DNA of 64,000 bases from Squalus acanthias (Eukaryota), in assembly GCA_030390025.1 (NCBI GenBank), contig CM059432.1, positions 123,878,001 to 123,942,000 of the forward strand, given 5' to 3'. Position numbers and translations under genes: made by a program. Below the pieces are notes generated by a model. The model saw only the letters and a list, made by a program, of their open reading frames with translations. It did no database searches and was not told the DNA's origin. Shown in pieces: positions 13,880 to 28,620 of the stretch; position 1 is the stretch's first letter; each line of letters starts with the position of its first letter.

Positions 13880-14210
13880 CTTTCAGATGAGACGTTAAAC
13901 CAAGGGCCCTGTCTGCTCTCTCAGGTAGATCAGATAAAAGATCCGATGACACTTTTTGAAGAAGAGCAGGGGCGTTTGCCCCAGTGTCCTGATCAATATT
14001 TATCGCTCAACCAACATCACGGAAAGAAACAGATTATCTGGTCGTTATCACATTGCTGTTTGTGGGAGCTTGCTGTGAGCAAATTGGCTGCCGCATTTTC
14101 TACATCACCACAGTGACTACACTTCAAAAAGTACTTCACTGGCTGTAAAGGGCTTTGGGGCATTCTGAGGTCATGAAAGGCCCTATATAAATGCAAATCT
14201 TTCTTTCTTT
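13880..14210 (+). mobile_element. Deu-domain SINE
   Basis: GTCTTTCAGATGAGACGTTAAACC...ATATAAATGCAA. Confidence 0.65.
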
Positions 14211-14379
14211 TAAAATACTGGCAATATAGAACTGGCCTGTCAGTGCTGAATATGCATGCAAGGATTGGAAAATGAGACTGGGATATCTGTTGTTGCATCC
14301 ATGATTCATTAATGCAGCAATCGATCATCTGGTTAGTCATTTAAGTTTGCTGTTGCTCAAAATGTGAGAGAACTTTCTT

Positions 14380-15671
14380 AATCAGGGATAGTCAACACGG
14401 ATTCGTGAAGGGTAAGTCTTGCCTAACAAATTTGATTGAATTCTTTGAGGAGGTAACTAAGTGTGTAGATGAAGGTAGAGCAGTTGATGTCGTATACATG
14501 GATTTTAGTAAGGCGTTTGATAAGGTTCCCCATGGTCGTCTCATGAAGAAAGTAAGGAGTTGTGGGATAGAGGGAAATTTGGCCGATTGGATAAGTAACT
14601 GGCTATCTCATAGAAGGCAGAGGGTGGTGGTGGATGGAACATTTTCAGACTGGAGACCAGTTACCAGCGGTGTGCCACAGGGGTCGGTGCTGGGTCCTCT
14701 GCTGTTTGTGATTTTTATCAATGACTTGGAGGAGGGGACTGAAGGGTGGATCAGTAAATTTGCTGATGACACCAAGATTGGTGGAGTAGTGGATGAGGTG
14801 GAGGGCAGTTGTAGGCTGCAAAGAGACATTGATAGGATGCAGAGCTGGGCCGAAAAATGGCAGATGGAATTTAACCCTGATAAGTGCGAGGTGATTCATT
14901 TTGGTAGGGCAAATTTGAATAAGGATTACAGGGTCAACGGCAGGGTTCTGAGGAACGTGGAGGAGCAGAGGGATCTGGGGGTTCATATCCACAGATCTCT
15001 GAAGGTTGCCACTCAAGTGGATAGAGCAGTAAAGAAGGCCTATGGTGTGTTGGCGTTTATTAACAGAGGGTTTGAGTTTAAGAACCGTGAGGTTATGCTG
15101 CAACTGTACAGGACCTTGGTGAGACCACATTTGGAATATTGTGTGCAGTTCTGGTCACCTCACTATAGGAAGGACGTGGAAGCATTGGAAAGAGTGCAAA
15201 GGAGATTTACCAGGATGCTGCCTGGTTTGGGGGGGAGGTCTTATGAGGAAAGATTGAGGGAGTTGGGGCTTTTCTCTTTAGAGTGGAGGAGGATGAGAGG
15301 CGACTTAATAGAGGTTTATAAGATGATGAGGGGGATAGATAGAGTGGATGTTCAGAGACTATTTCCTCGGGTAGAGGCAGCTGTTACAAGGGGGCATAAC
15401 TATAAGGTGCATGGGGGGAGATATAGAAGGGGTGTCCGAGGTAGATTCTTTACTCAGAGAGTGGTTGGGGTGTGGAATGGACTGCCTGCTGTGATAGTGG
15501 AGTCGGACACTTTAGGAACTTTCAAGCGGTTATTGGATAAGCACATGGAGCACACCAGAGTGATAGGGAGTGTGATAGCTTGATCTTGGTCTCGGACAAT
15601 GCTCGGCACAACATCGAGGGCCGAAGGGCCTGTACTGTGCTGTACTGTTCTATGTATTCTATGTATCTATG
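14380..15671 (+). mobile_element. 5'-truncated CR1 LINE with uninterrupted RT C-terminal ORF (14405-15583)
   Basis: DFSKAFDKVPH, GVPQGSVLGP, FADD and RPHLEYCVQFWSP motifs; 3' TTCTATG microsatellite tail. Confidence 0.95.
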
Positions 15672-15929
15672 ATAGATCGTAAATAAAGTAATGGTGCCAA
15701 AATGTGATTCCCCATCTGTTTAGGATAGGATTGCATTGTGTGCTCCACTTATCCATCTGAAGTGACCAAAAGGGGAAGCAGTAGCTATTAGAGAAGAAGA
15801 GAGTTTTTTGCAAAATAGTCAAATATTATCTGGAAAGTCACCAGAAGACTGACTGTAACATTTACAAGAGCTCGGCAGAACAGGAAAAGGGCAAAAATAT
15901 GGAGGATGTGAAAAGGAGATCTTACAATA

Positions 15930-16552
15930 CAAATAAAAACAAAAAGTGCTGGAAATATTCAGCAGGTCAGGCAGCATCTGTAGAGAGAGAAACAGAGTTA
16001 ATGTTTCAGGTCGATGACCCTTCGTCAGAGTTGGGAAAAGTTAGAGATGTAACAGATTTTTAAGCAAGTGTCGGGGCAGGGAAAGGGGTGAGGGGAGGAA
16101 AGAACAAAAGGGAAGGTCTGTGATAGGATGGAAGGCAGGAGAAATTAAAAGACAAAAGGGATGATGGTGCAAGGCAAAAGGAGATGGTAATGGGACAAGT
16201 TAAGAAACAAAAGATGACTCTAGATGAGGTGTAAGTGTCAATGGCAGAATGATCAACAGCTGCCATGTGAGAGAAAAAAAATATATAGGAGCCGAGGTTA
16301 TGGTCTGAAATTGTTGAACTCAGTGTTGAGTCCAGAAGGCTGTAAAGTAGCTAATTGAAAGATGAGGTGCTGTTCCTCGAGCTTATGTTGAGCTTCATTG
16401 GAACAGTGTAAGAGGCCGAGGACAGAGGGGTCAGAGTGGGAGTGGAGTGGACAATTAAAGTGACAGGCGACCGGAAGCTCGGGGTCACACTTACGGACTG
16501 AATGGAGGTGTTCCGCAAAGCGGTCACCCAATCTGCGTTTGAGCTCCCCAAT
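15930..16552 (-). mobile_element. Penelope-like element 3' end (GIY-YIG endonuclease C-terminus)
   Basis: IGELKRRLGDRFAEH...VACHFN...LEEQHLIFQLATLQPSGLN. Related fragments at 17350-17480 and 21775-22125. Confidence 0.8.
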
Positions 16553-16937
16553 GCTTGCAGAGTAGTCACTGTTGTAATGTAAGAAACGCGACAGCCGATC
16601 TGCACACAGCAAGGCACTCACAAACAGCAATGTGATAATGGTCAGATAATCTGTTTTTTAGTGATGTTGTTTGAGGGATCAATATTCTCCAGGACACCAG
16701 GGATAACTCCCCTGCTCTTCTTCGCATAGTACCATGGGATCTTTTACATCCACCTGAGAGAACAGGCAGGGCCTCACTTTAATGTTTCATTTGAAAGATG
16801 GCACCTCCTACAGTGCAGCACTCCCTCAGTATTGCACTGGAGTGTCAGCCTAGATTATGTGCTCAATTCTCTGTTTTGGATTTGAACCCACAAACTTCTA
16901 ACTCGGAGGCAAGAGTGCTACCACTGAGCCAGGGCTG
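16553..16937 (-). mobile_element. Deu-domain SINE with tRNA-like head
   Basis: Head GGCTCAGTGGTAGCACTCTTGCCTC...GGGTTCAAATCC on the minus strand plus the Deu core. Confidence 0.75.
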
Positions 16938-18704
16938 AACTTAGTTACTTAATTAGTGAACCTGCGGAGGTAGAACTGGGTCAGTCACAAAGTACAGATG
17001 AGGTCGACCAAGTAGTGGTGGCAGAGGAAAAGTAGGATTAAAGGTTTCCATCAATGGAACTTTGAGAATTGCAGTAGTATTGTGAAATTGGGCTGGCCTG
17101 GAAGGATGGTGGTCATCTTTGCTGCCACTGGAAGCGCCATCCCTATGGAGCTGGTTTGCTGTAGGAGTCCTTGCAGCAGATGGCGCTTCTCTGCAACGGG
17201 CTCTGTACTGACCCAAAGCTTATGGAGGCAGTTGTACCTGCAAATATGGCTGGTGGCATAATGGCAAGTGTGGGCAGCTCAGTTGTAGTGTCCACTGATC
17301 TCCCTGGCATGCTTCTTTCATGTACCACATCAGCCATGAATTACTAATACAAAAGCAAATACTGCAGATGCTGGAAATCTGAAATAAAAACAGAAAGTGC
17401 CGGAAATACTCAGCAGGTCAGGCAGCTTCTGTGGAGAGAGAAACAGAGTTAATGTTTCAGTTCGATGACCTTTCGTCAGAACAGTAATACCTTTGGATCA
17501 TTTTTGCCACAAAACTATTTAACTGATACAATGATGTGTTTCAATGTAATTTGTGTTGTTGCAGGATGTCTTCATGAACAATCTGAAATAAATGTGCCAG
17601 CCATTTTTTCATGCAGATGCTGGGTGCCTTTAAATGTTTATAGTCTGCTGTTTATTTCTCTATCAATTGAAAATTACTGAGGCAGTTTGCCCACCCAGCA
17701 AGACAAACTTCACCAGCTGTTAGAGTTTCATGGAGTGGAACAAACTCCTGCACTTCACCAGTCACAAAAATACTACGTTACAGTGGATACTCTGCAATAT
17801 TCCCTTTGAGGCTTTAAGAACTCCCAAAGTCTAAGCAGTGATAACTTGTGGTGCTATGCAGTATGCACACTGATGAAAATAGAAAAACTCTAAGGTATAT
17901 TTTCAATCCAGATGCCGAGATCAAAAACTCTGAAATCCCTTTTTCCTATTATCCTGGTATCTGCAACGATTGTATAATACGGATTATGGTCCACATAAGG
18001 TGTCTGATTCTTGCTTGCTTTCATGGGTTCAGACAAGGTCGCCAATGCCAGTGTACAATGGAAGATGCCAATTTTGAGTTGACTATAGATAAAATGTAAT
18101 TTCCTGCTGCCGAGGAAATGAAGGATTTAAGCTGAGCCATAATCATATTACCGACATCTGAAAGTAATGGGCATGTTAGTGCGGGAAATAGACTGTCCAA
18201 AGAATATAATGATATTTTCTGTAATTTCCCCTTGGTGATTTATATGAACTGTTACATATTTATCTATATTTCTTTGCAAAATTAGTATTGATTTTGAGTA
18301 GGACTTATAAAATAAACAAAAGATGATTTAAGTTTCATCTAAGACTTCAGTTTTCTGTATGACCTGTGATGAAATATAGAGATAAGAATGATCACCAAAA
18401 AATTACAATTAAAAATGAAAGATAAACTCAGTCACTCTCAACATTTTTATCAATAGTTAGCGGATCCATTATAAAAACAAATGATTATAAATGATGTGTT
18501 TCATTCCTTCTTTGTATGCCTGGGAACTAGTGGTACAAGCTTTTTTTTTGAGGCACAGTGACAGCATGCAACTTGAGAATTCAATTCTTTTTATCAGGAT
18601 ACAATGGGCAACATCACACACTTCTGATGACAATTCGGTAAGAGGAAGCTCAAGTAGTTTCCATGGCACTTTTGACCTATAAAGGGAAGGACGGAGTTAA
18701 TGAC

Positions 18705-19015
18705 AGAACTTGCATTTATATAGCACCTTCTCATGCCATCGGGACATCTCAAAGCATTTCCCAGCCAAAGAATTACATGTTTACGTACAGTCACACGTAC
18801 TTCAATGTGGCCAATGTGCACATTGGTAGGTCCTACAAACAGCAAATGAGATGAATGATCAGCTAATCTGTTTTTGGTTGATCCAAGAATGGCAGGCAGG
18901 TCACCAGGAGAACTCCCTGCTGTTCTTTGAATAGCGCCATGGTACCTTTCACATTCACTGAACAGGCAGGCGGGGCCTTGGCACTTCTGACTCCCTCAGG
19001 CCTGCATTGCAGTGC
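18705..19015 (-). mobile_element. Deu-domain SINE, degraded
   Basis: Similar to the copies at 16553 and 22940. Confidence 0.55.
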
Positions 19016-19364
19016 TCACATCCTTAGACCTTTGACAATCTGACTCAGCAGTGAGTGTGGAACCAACTAAGGCAAACTGACTCTTGCAGTAAACTTCTTC
19101 GATGTAAATAAAATAACAATCAAAGTGAATAACATAAAATCTCACCGTGTCCTCTTCATGGAGTTGAGAAGGGCAGTGCAGCGACAATTTCCGTTCCATG
19201 TTTTTGTGACAAACACTGATTATATCAGCTTTAGTTCAATCCAGTCCATATTGTGTAACAGATGCAGTCAAATTAATGGCACAGAAAAGAGTACAGAGTA
19301 GGATGGGAGCTTAGAGCACTTGGTTGAAGATGTTGGTGTAAAGAACAGCATGCACAATATTAAT

Positions 19365-20102
19365 GGGCTGGATTATGTGGTCAGTGGTGAATGAACAGCG
19401 CCAGCCTTTCATTACACTTGCACTTGCCCACAGACTTTCTATGGGCTTCTGCACTGGAAGTTACTGTCAGCCAACTATCCAAAAGGTGCAATGCCCTCTA
19501 CAGGCACCTGTGTGAACAGGGCAAGCAACTGTGTGTCTCCTTAACTAATCAGATTGAAGAATCATTAATGAGCAGCGCAGCGTCTGAACCAGAAAGGTTG
19601 ACATTGAATTCAATGTCAAATCAGGTACAGAAATTGAAATAAAGAGGAGAGAAAGATTGAATTAAGAGAGAGAGATAAAAGAGACAGAAAGAAAAAATAT
19701 TTAAAAAAATGATTTCAATTTTTTTTAAATCTCCAACAATGATTCAAATCTGAAGGAATGAGACTCCACACTTGTAAAAGTTAATTTTCAGTGCCAGAGA
19801 GGTTGTTTGGTAATAATTGAGATTTATCATGTCGTTAAAAGGATACTTACACTGGAATGGACAAGCCTAGCTTTTTCTGGCGAGTGCAATTTCACGCCGT
19901 TCAATGTATTAGAATGGTGAGTCAGACGGTGGGATACCATTATCGTGCAGCTTTTGGAGGAGCGGGGTATCTCAGCCAGAAACTTCTGGATTTCCACATT
20001 TAACTGTGCATGTGCGGTCGCTGGAAGTTGCTTTCCGATTTCCGCATAACCAACAGTGAGCGCTGTTAGCCTCACGGCTATTTATACAGCAAAATCCGGC
20101 CC
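19365..20102. mobile_element. Harbinger-type MITE, family A (inverted relative to 5727)
   Basis: TIR GGGCTGGATT / AATCCGGCCC; shares the GAGACTCCACACTT block in reverse with 5727-6451. Confidence 0.6.
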
Positions 20103-21279
20103 AGTAACATTTTTTTTTACAGAAATATGACTTTGGTCCTTTATTCAACATACGAAGTACCCAGAAAGTGAAATCTGTGTGAATTCCAAGGCTTTTATTG
20201 GGGCATTTCATCACTGATGACCTTTCTTCTCTTTACCAATTAGGCTGTCAGCTCTTTTCATTAAGTCTGACATTTTGATCACACAACTAATTAATTTCTT
20301 AAGAGCCTGTGATCCAGCATTACATTATTTATTCTTTTAAAGGCTGAAAGTCATCAGGTATAGTCAGTTTGGAGTACAAATATAATGGCAGAAAGGCTGG
20401 TGCAAATTTTATAACAAAGGCATTTCCGGATAGGTTCAATAGTGCAATAAATATACAAAGACAGGATACACATCAGGATGTAGTGAATTATGGAAAGTAA
20501 ACTATAAAGTTATGGAAATGCTGCATAACTATCACATTATGAATTGTTTATTTCATGTAATTCACTTGATGTGCGATGGATCCTCAGAGTCTAAGGGGTA
20601 GATTTTCAACTTTCCACCAGGTGTAAAACAGGCATTGTGGATTGGTAACGCCTTATAGAAATCACCTGATTTTCATTTCCAATTTTATGCCCGGGCAGCA
20701 TGTTGAAATTCTACCCCTAACTCTCTCAGGTGTGTCGTTGGATGTCTTTTCCATTACAGAATTCAGTGGAGTGCTGGATACAGTTTAAAAGGAGTGCCAG
20801 CCTGTACTGAATGAGTTAATTTCAGCAGGAAGGCAGCGGGCGCAGTACAATGGCCCTCGGTGCATACAGACTAAAGAGGAGCAAATGTCGGGCCGGGCTC
20901 TCGCTCCTGATCCAGCTCGGAGGGTGCTCCTGTGCGGATGTTGGGTAAGAACGGCATTGGGCTTAACTCTGAAATCCCAAATGGTCAAAACATCCACCAA
21001 GGCTCACTGCCTAGCTTCAAATAGAATGACCAGGTGAGAAAATGCAGGACTTGTGATGCCTGTGAAACTGTATGAAGCATTGCCTTCAGGAGAGGAGAGG
21101 AAGGAAGAAAAGAAAAAAGGGAGGATTGAAAAAATATAATATTGTAAATGAAATTTCAAAATGAGAGCAATGAAATGCTCCAAGAAAGAAGGGCCAATTT
21201 TGATTTAAATAAAACAATTCATTCAAGTTTCTATTAAAGTGGGGATTATTATAAGACCAGAGAATACGCTGAAGGTTTG

Positions 21280-21770
21280 GGAACATGGGAACATAGGAAC
21301 AGGAGTAGGCCATTCAGCCCCTCAAAACTGTTCCACCATTCAATTACATGATGGCTGATCTGTACCTCAAAACCATTTACCCGCCTTTGGTCCATATTCC
21401 TTGATACACTCACCTAACAAAAATCTATCGATCTCAGTCTTAATTTCAATTGACCCAACGTCCACAGCCTTTTGGGGGAGTGAGTTCCAGATTTCCTCTA
21501 TCCTTTGTGTGAAAAGATGCTTCCTGATCTCACACCTGAATGGCCTAGTTGTAATTTTAAAGATTATGCCCCCTTGTTCTGGACTCCCCCACCAGAGGAA
21601 ATAGTTTCTCTGTATCTACCCTCAATTAGAGCACCCCTCATCCTTCTAAACTCAAGGGAATACAAGCCAAGTTTATGCAACCTGGCCTCATAATTTAACC
21701 CTATATGCCCCCGTATCATTCTGGCAAATCTGCGCTGCACCCCCTCCAAGGCCAATATATTTTTCCTGAG
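21280..21770 (-). mobile_element. CR1 LINE 3' fragment
   Basis: LEGVQRRFARMI...YEARLHKLGLYSLEFRRMRG and a CATAGGAA-type tail. Confidence 0.8.
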
Positions 21771-21774
21771 ATAA

Positions 21775-22125
21775 CAACAGAAAATGCTGGAAACACTCAA
21801 CAGGCCAGGCAGCATCCGTGAGAGAGAAACAGAGTTAACGTTTCAGGTCTGTGACCCTTCATCAGAACTGGAAAAAGTTAGAGATGTAAAAGGTTTTAAG
21901 CAGGTGCAGGGGAAGGGAAAGGGGGAGGGGAAGAAAGAACAAAAGGAGTCTGTGATAGGGTGGAAGGCAGGAGTGGTTAAATGTTGCAAATGGGGATGGC
22001 AGAATCATCAACACCTGCCGCCTGAAAGAATGGGGGCAGAGGTTATGGTCTGAAATTGTTGAACTCAATGTTGAGTCCAGAAGGCTATAAAGTGCCTCAT
22101 TGAAAGATGAGGTGCTGTTCCTCAA
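21775..22125 (-). mobile_element. Penelope-like 3' fragment
   Basis: Homologous to 15930-16400. Confidence 0.65.
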
Positions 22126-22461
22126 GGTTCGGTGTCCAAAACTGAATGCAGTACTCCAGGTGGAGTCTTGTTTTCCTGAAACTTGTGTCACAAATTTAGT
22201 TTTTGGGGGTTTCTTTGCGTAGAATGCAAATTATATTCTCAAACTCCTCTGCCTCCATCAATCTTTTTTTGTCATAAGTCAGCAAAATACTTTGTAAATT
22301 AGAAGTGAATATTGTGAATTTACTGCCGCTATCCTAATAGCATTATTGCTCAGGGAATGCCCCATTGTGCTCTGTGAGCTGCCATTGTGTCCTCTCTAGC
22401 ATTAGTTTACCAAGTAGCAACACTCTGAAAAATCCCTTGAGCAGAGGTTGAATATTAAATT

Positions 22462-22789
22462 CACAGAATCACAGAATCCCAGAATCCCCACAGTGCAGAT
22501 AGAGGCCATTTCGGCCCATCGAGCCTGCACCGACACATATCCCACCCTATCCCCGTAACTCCACGTATTTAATCCCCCCCTAACACTAAGGGTCAATTTA
22601 TCATAGCCAAATCAACCTAACCCGCACATCTTTGGACTGTGGGAGGAAACCGGAGCACCCGGAGGAAACCCACGCAGACACGGGGAGAATGTGCAAACTC
22701 CACACAGACAGTCACCCGAGGCCGGATTCGAACCCGGGTCCCTGGCGCTGTGAGGCAACAGTGCTAACCACTATGCCACCGTGTTGCCC
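22462..22789 (-). mobile_element. V-SINE (HE1-like, tRNA-derived, CR1-type tail)
   Basis: A/B-box head (GGTGGCATAGTGG, GGTTCGAATCC) and V-domain TGTGGAGTTTGCACATTCTCCCCGTGTCTGCGTGGGTTTCCTCC. Confidence 0.85.
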
Positions 22790-22939
22790 TGATTAATTCA
22801 AGGGATTAAAGATTCCATTCAAAATATTAACCTATCTTCCTTAGTTCTATGACCTGACAAGAGAAGGAGAGGGAACAACCTGAAAGTTAATTGACAAATT
22901 TGTCATCAGTGACTGAAAGGAAGAGGAAGAGGAAAATAA

Positions 22940-23345
22940 CTCACATGTATATAGTGCCTTTCACGACCTCAGGATGCTCCAATTACTTTTGAAGCATAGG
23001 CACTGTTGTTTTGTAGACAATTTGCTGCACAGCAAGATTCCATAAACAACAATGAGATAAATGAGCAGTTAATTTGTTTTGGTGGTGTTGGTTGAGAGAA
23101 AAATGTTGTCCAGGACACCAAAGCTCCCCCGTTCCTCAAAGTGCCATGGGATCTTTTACGTCCACCTGAGAAGGGAGATGGGGCCTCGGTTTAATGTTTC
23201 ATCCAAAAGACAACACCTCCAACAATGCAGCACTTCCTTAGTCCTGCACTGAACAGTGTCAGCCTACATTTTGCACATCAAATCCTGCAGTGAGGTTCGA
23301 ACTCATAACCTTCTGACTCAGCGGCTGAAGTGCTACCACTGAACA
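22940..23345 (-). mobile_element. Deu-domain SINE
   Basis: Same family as 16553-16937. Confidence 0.7.
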
Positions 23346-23571
23346 ATGCTGACACCTCAGTTTGAAATAGGAGGCTATCAACGTGGTATTACTGCTGTAA
23401 AGAGCCAGAACATGGCAGCGGTATTGGAGGGAGAAATAGTTCTGGTCACAATGTTATCACACTACGTGATGAATTTCAGATCACCCTGGAGTGTGATCGC
23501 ATCTTTTGTCCTAAGAGGAACCATCAGTTATCCTGAGGTACTAGCTGATTGCATGCTGAACTAAAATTCAT

Positions 23572-24306
23572 GGGCCACAAATTTGGCACTTGCCGGGTGA
23601 GGACGCATTGTGTACTCACCCGTAAGGCCTACTGCAGTGCCAGTTTCCTGCATGCACTGCGCATGCACGGGAAACCGAACTTCCGGTCTCGTGAAGGGAG
23701 CGGTTCAGAGGTGAACCACGTGCGCGGTAGAGGCTGCGCGCACACAGCAAACTTAGGTTTTTTTCAGGTTTCTCCGGGAGGGTAAGTAGTGAAGAACCTG
23801 CGCTTTTAACAAAGTAAGTGGTTAATTCATTATAATTTAAAAATTTTTTCAACAGGTTTATCTTTTTTAGATACTTTAAAGAAAGGTAAGTTTATTTTTA
23901 GCACAGTTAAAAAGTATTTTAATTTTTTAAAAATTTATATTTTTATTTAAAGTAGTTAATTTATTTAACTTATAGTTATTTTAAAAATGTGATGTTTTTT
24001 TTTTATTTATTTGAAGTTTAGCTGTACTTTTGGGGCCGATTTCAATTCATAGATTTGACAGGTCTTCCTGTCAAATCTATGAATGAAAGATGGTCTGCTG
24101 CCATTGGCTCTCCATGGCCCTCGTGATCCCAGGGGACGCATCGCGCTAACTATGCCCCTGGGACACGCAAGCACTGCGCGCCGGCAGTTGGAGCAGGCCC
24201 AGGAGCTGAAGTCCCCGTGGGTCAGAAGCAGAACGGCAGACGCGGTAGGTAAGTGCGCGTGCGATCCTTACCCCCGCGGCAAGCCGGAGAGGCGAATTTC
24301 TGGGCC
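23572..24306. mobile_element. Harbinger-type MITE, family B
   Basis: TIR GGGCCACAAATT / AATTTCTGGGCC with CAT TSD; collinear with 8857-9597. Confidence 0.7.
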
Positions 24307-25444
24307 CATATCTTTCATCATAGGCAAGCTTCTTTGGTGTCAATACTGGATGAGAATGCAACTGTTCAATCACTGTATCACATAGAGTTACATAGAATCA
24401 ACAGCACAGAAACAGGCCATTTGGCCCAACTGGTCCATGCCAGTGTTTATGCTCCACACAAGCCATCAGTCAGTCTAGAGCCAAAGGGAGACTTTTTCTG
24501 TATGCAGAACAATTTGCATATACAATTACTCATGGTGCTTTGCAAACTGCAGTAGCTGCGTGGGCAGCTGCTCTCACTAGGCCTCACATTGCTAGTGTAT
24601 CTATGATTATAGCATCTGTCTGTATGTCTCAAATGGTAGTTCATAAACAGTGAATTTGAACACTACTCATGGTTACCAATGTTTTTGAGTTTGCCTGCTA
24701 TTGCTCGGAACATGGGCGTCAGTAACCAATGCAGCCTGTCAACAATAGGAACAGAAATACTTTTATTTCCTGAATGGTTAATTTAAAAATATCTCTGGTT
24801 GATTCTCATAGCTCTGCAGGAAAACAAAACCCACCCCACCCCTTCCAAGTCCTTTTAATAGAAGCACATATTGGTATAATTATATTTCATCTTATCTGAG
24901 GTGTGTGTGGAACCATATGGTAAGTGGGACTTACCCCAACAGTTATCTTCTCCTTTAAGTTCTGTGGGGCTGTTTGCGTTCTTGCTTTGTCCTACAGGCT
25001 GTTCTTATTGGGGTATTCAGTAAACTCAGTCTGCTCTAGACACTATGGCGTCATAGCAACAACTCAACTCTTGCAACAAGGGGAGGAGGGAGGGGGTAAT
25101 ATGGAACCAGCTGCCAGATTATCAATCATTGGCAACTCAAATTACAAGAGCTTGCCAGAGGGTAAATTAAAAAAAATTGTAAACAAAATTCTTTCAATTC
25201 AGAAAATTTCAAGGGACTGAACATTAGCAAGCATCCTGTTCAGTTCCAATATTTTGTGTGCTCCAATTCTGGGTTTAGTTTTCACTTCTGATTTCTGATT
25301 TATTTTTCAATGTAAATAATCTGCTTCAAGTTGATGAGCCAAACCTTGCTATTCATTGGCCCCTTTAGAACCAGGTGATTGCGATTAAAAACAGCTCATT
25401 GCTTACTTTTAACTTGCATGCTTTTTTATGCCTTTATGCCAGTT

Positions 25445-26590
25445 TATTGTCAGTTGTTGAGAAGTAGCTGGAATCTATCATCAGGGATAGAGTGACTGAG
25501 CATTTGAACAAGTTTGAGCTAATCAAAGAGAATCAGCATGGATTTGTGAAGGGTAGGTCATGGCTGACTAACCCAGAGGAGGTCACTACAAAAGTGGACG
25601 AGGGAGTCAATGGATGTTGTCTGTATGGACTTCCAGAAGGCATATCAAATGCCAAGAGATTATTAACAAAAATGAGAGCATGTTGAATTGGAGGTAACTT
25701 TAGGACATGGGTTGAAAATTGGTTGGGAGGTAGGAGGCAGAGATTAGGGATAAAGGGAATGTACTTTGATTGGCGGGATGTGACAAGTGGTGTTCCCCGG
25801 GGATCTGTACTGGGGCCTGAGCTTTCCACCATATACATTAATGACTTGGATGAAGGAATAGAGAGTTGTATATCCAAGTTTGCAGATGACACTAATTTAG
25901 GTGGAACTCTGTAGATGGGAGCAGAAGGTTACAACAGGACATAGACAGATTAAGTGAGTGGGCAAAACTATGGCAGATGGAGTTCAATGTGGGAAGGAAG
26001 TGTGAGGTCATCCACTTTGGATCCAAGAAAGAGAAATCAGAATATTTTTCTAAATGGCGAGAGACTAGAAATTGGAGGAGCAAAGGGATTTGGGTACATA
26101 AATTGCTAAATGATTGTGTACAGGTTCAAAAAGTAATCACAAAGAATAATGGAATGTTCCCTTTATATTTAAAGGGTTACATTTTGAGGACAGGTTGTAT
26201 AAACTTGGATTGTATTCCCTTGAGTTTAGATGATCTAATCGAGGTGTTTAAAATGATAAAAGGATTTGATAGAGATGATACAGAAAAACTATTTCTGGTG
26301 GGGGAATCTAGAAAAAGAGGGCACAAAATAAAATTAGAGCTAAGCCATTCAGGAGTGAAATCAGGAAACACTTTTTTATACAAAGGGTAGTGGAAATCTG
26401 AAATTGTCTCCCCCATAACGCTGTGAATGCTGGGTCAATGGAAATTTTCAAGACTGAGTTCTACAGATTTTTATTAGGTAAGGGTATCAAGGGCTATGAA
26501 TCAAAGGCAGGTAAATGGATTTAAGGTACAGATCAGCCATGATCTAATTAAATGGCAGAACAGGCTCGAGGGACTGAATGACCTACTCCT
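25445..26590 (+). mobile_element. Degraded CR1 LINE RT and 3' end
   Basis: QHGFVKGRS, GVPRGSVLGP, KFADD and CEVIHFG fragments with frameshifts. Confidence 0.85.
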
Positions 26591-28620
26591 ATTCTTATGT
26601 TGCTATGTATAATAAAATGGCAGAGGTAAATCACGAGAATAACGTTTGTTTTAGGTTCAAATCATAGCTCACACTGAATTTATCACAGAAACTGCAGCAA
26701 AAGGCAAACAGATATTTGACAATTGAGCCTTTGTATTCACAAGTCAAATGTTTATATTCATGTGACATTCTGAGGCCATTTTTTATTTCACTGCATCCTC
26801 ACAGTGATAAGGGATTAGAACTTTTGCAAGGAAATTATTTTAAAAATTCACATCAGCTTACACTTTTCTGTTGCCGTCTTTCTTATTACTGACCTGGGGT
26901 TTGATTCAAATAATTTCTATGACTACAAATTCTCTCGATTTGAACTGAGATAGCAAAGCGCTGGTTAGAATCAAGCTTCCTGGAATGACTCGCTCATTTC
27001 TGTGCATCATCCTCAATGACACAATGTGACCACGATATCAAACAACAGAACTTCCAAATATTACATATATTAGTTTGGGACTAGCGTGATAAAAACCCCT
27101 GCCAAATTTATATTGCCTTTTAAAACATCAGATAGTCACAGCAGCATCAAGGCTCAGATGTGATTCAGCTTCCTCCTGCTGAGCCTGTCTTTCTGTGAGA
27201 AATGCATTTAAGTCATTCGCAAATAAACCACTGCATCTCCTCTGCTCCCCATAAACCATGGCCAAGATAAGTCTAGGTTATCGGATGGTGTGTGTGAAAG
27301 GCCTCAGGCTGAACCGGGGTGATATCCCTTGAACGAGTAACCGTTCCAACACAGAAAGGAAATAAAGTACACAGGCAAATTTTACTGAAAGACAGAGGTT
27401 TGAAACATGAGGCACAGAATGCAAGAACCATGAAAATATTAAGAGAAAGGCACTGGCTCCGAGAAGAGTTAAGTGTGCTATTAATTAATTCACATCTTCT
27501 CACAATTTTTAAAAGTCATCACATAAATAAATATTGCAAAAGTCTGAAAGTTTCTTAAAAACATATGAATTACAAAAGGGAAAAACAAAGGCTGTAAGCT
27601 TTGAAAATGAAACTGCTGTGAGCTCCTACTGTGAGGTCATTATTAACAGTGAAATCTATTAGTGAAGCTTGATTCAACTTTTAAAATGAAAATGCTTCGT
27701 GCTTGCATTAATTTCTAGCAAGCATAGCTTTTAACCTTTTGGGCATCAAATTACTCTCAGTACACAGTTAGCATGTTCAATGGGAATACATTTGCTGCCC
27801 TTTTATTTGTTAACATACTCAAAGGAATCTCCGACTTTATTCTGTGTGCATTCTAGAAACTTGGACATGTGATGGTGTAATAATAAATAGAAATAAATGG
27901 TCGATCAGAAATCTCAAAGAATACTGTTGAACTAGCTAAGCAATCACTTAACTTGCAGAACTCACATGCTGTGGGCTAATCCAGTTGTACCATGTACAAT
28001 TTCTGTGAGAAATTGAGGTATACAGCACCGAAGGCATTAAGCAAGATTTACAGATTCAGATCTACAGATCGCAATAGATGCTGTGAGGGCAGGAAGGAGT
28101 GCTTCTTTACAGAAGAAGGGGCAGACGACCAATGCCCAAAGAGCAAATCAGGTGTAGATGGCCTCACACAGAATATCAATTTATAGTCACAAACAAAGAA
28201 ATATCTGGCAGAAGATCCAGAAGAAGACTTGAAGAAATGAGCCAAGATGAGAATGAATGTGAATAAATGTAAATTGCCATATATGTAGGAAGCTACTGAT
28301 ACCAACCAAAGCAAGTTAGTGGTAGGGAAAAATTTGCTTGAGTACCTTAGTATATTTAACCCAGATTGATCCAATAACTTACTGGCATTGCAATACAAAG
28401 GGAACTATTGAACAGTGTTGTAAACTATCACAGACCAATAAATGGAGAAACTAGGCTGATGCAGCTGAAAATGATTATAACAGCCAATTTGCTCTCAGCA
28501 AGTCCAACAAACATGAAATCAGGTAAATGACTAGTTAAGCAGTTTAGGTGCCACTGGTTAACACTGGGCCGGACACTGGGAGAGCTCCCCTGGTCTTCTT
28601 CAAAAAGTGCCATGGGAACA

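Noticed and set aside
22700..22789. tRNA gene
   Set aside because: It is the tRNA-derived head of a V-SINE and continues directly into the V domain.
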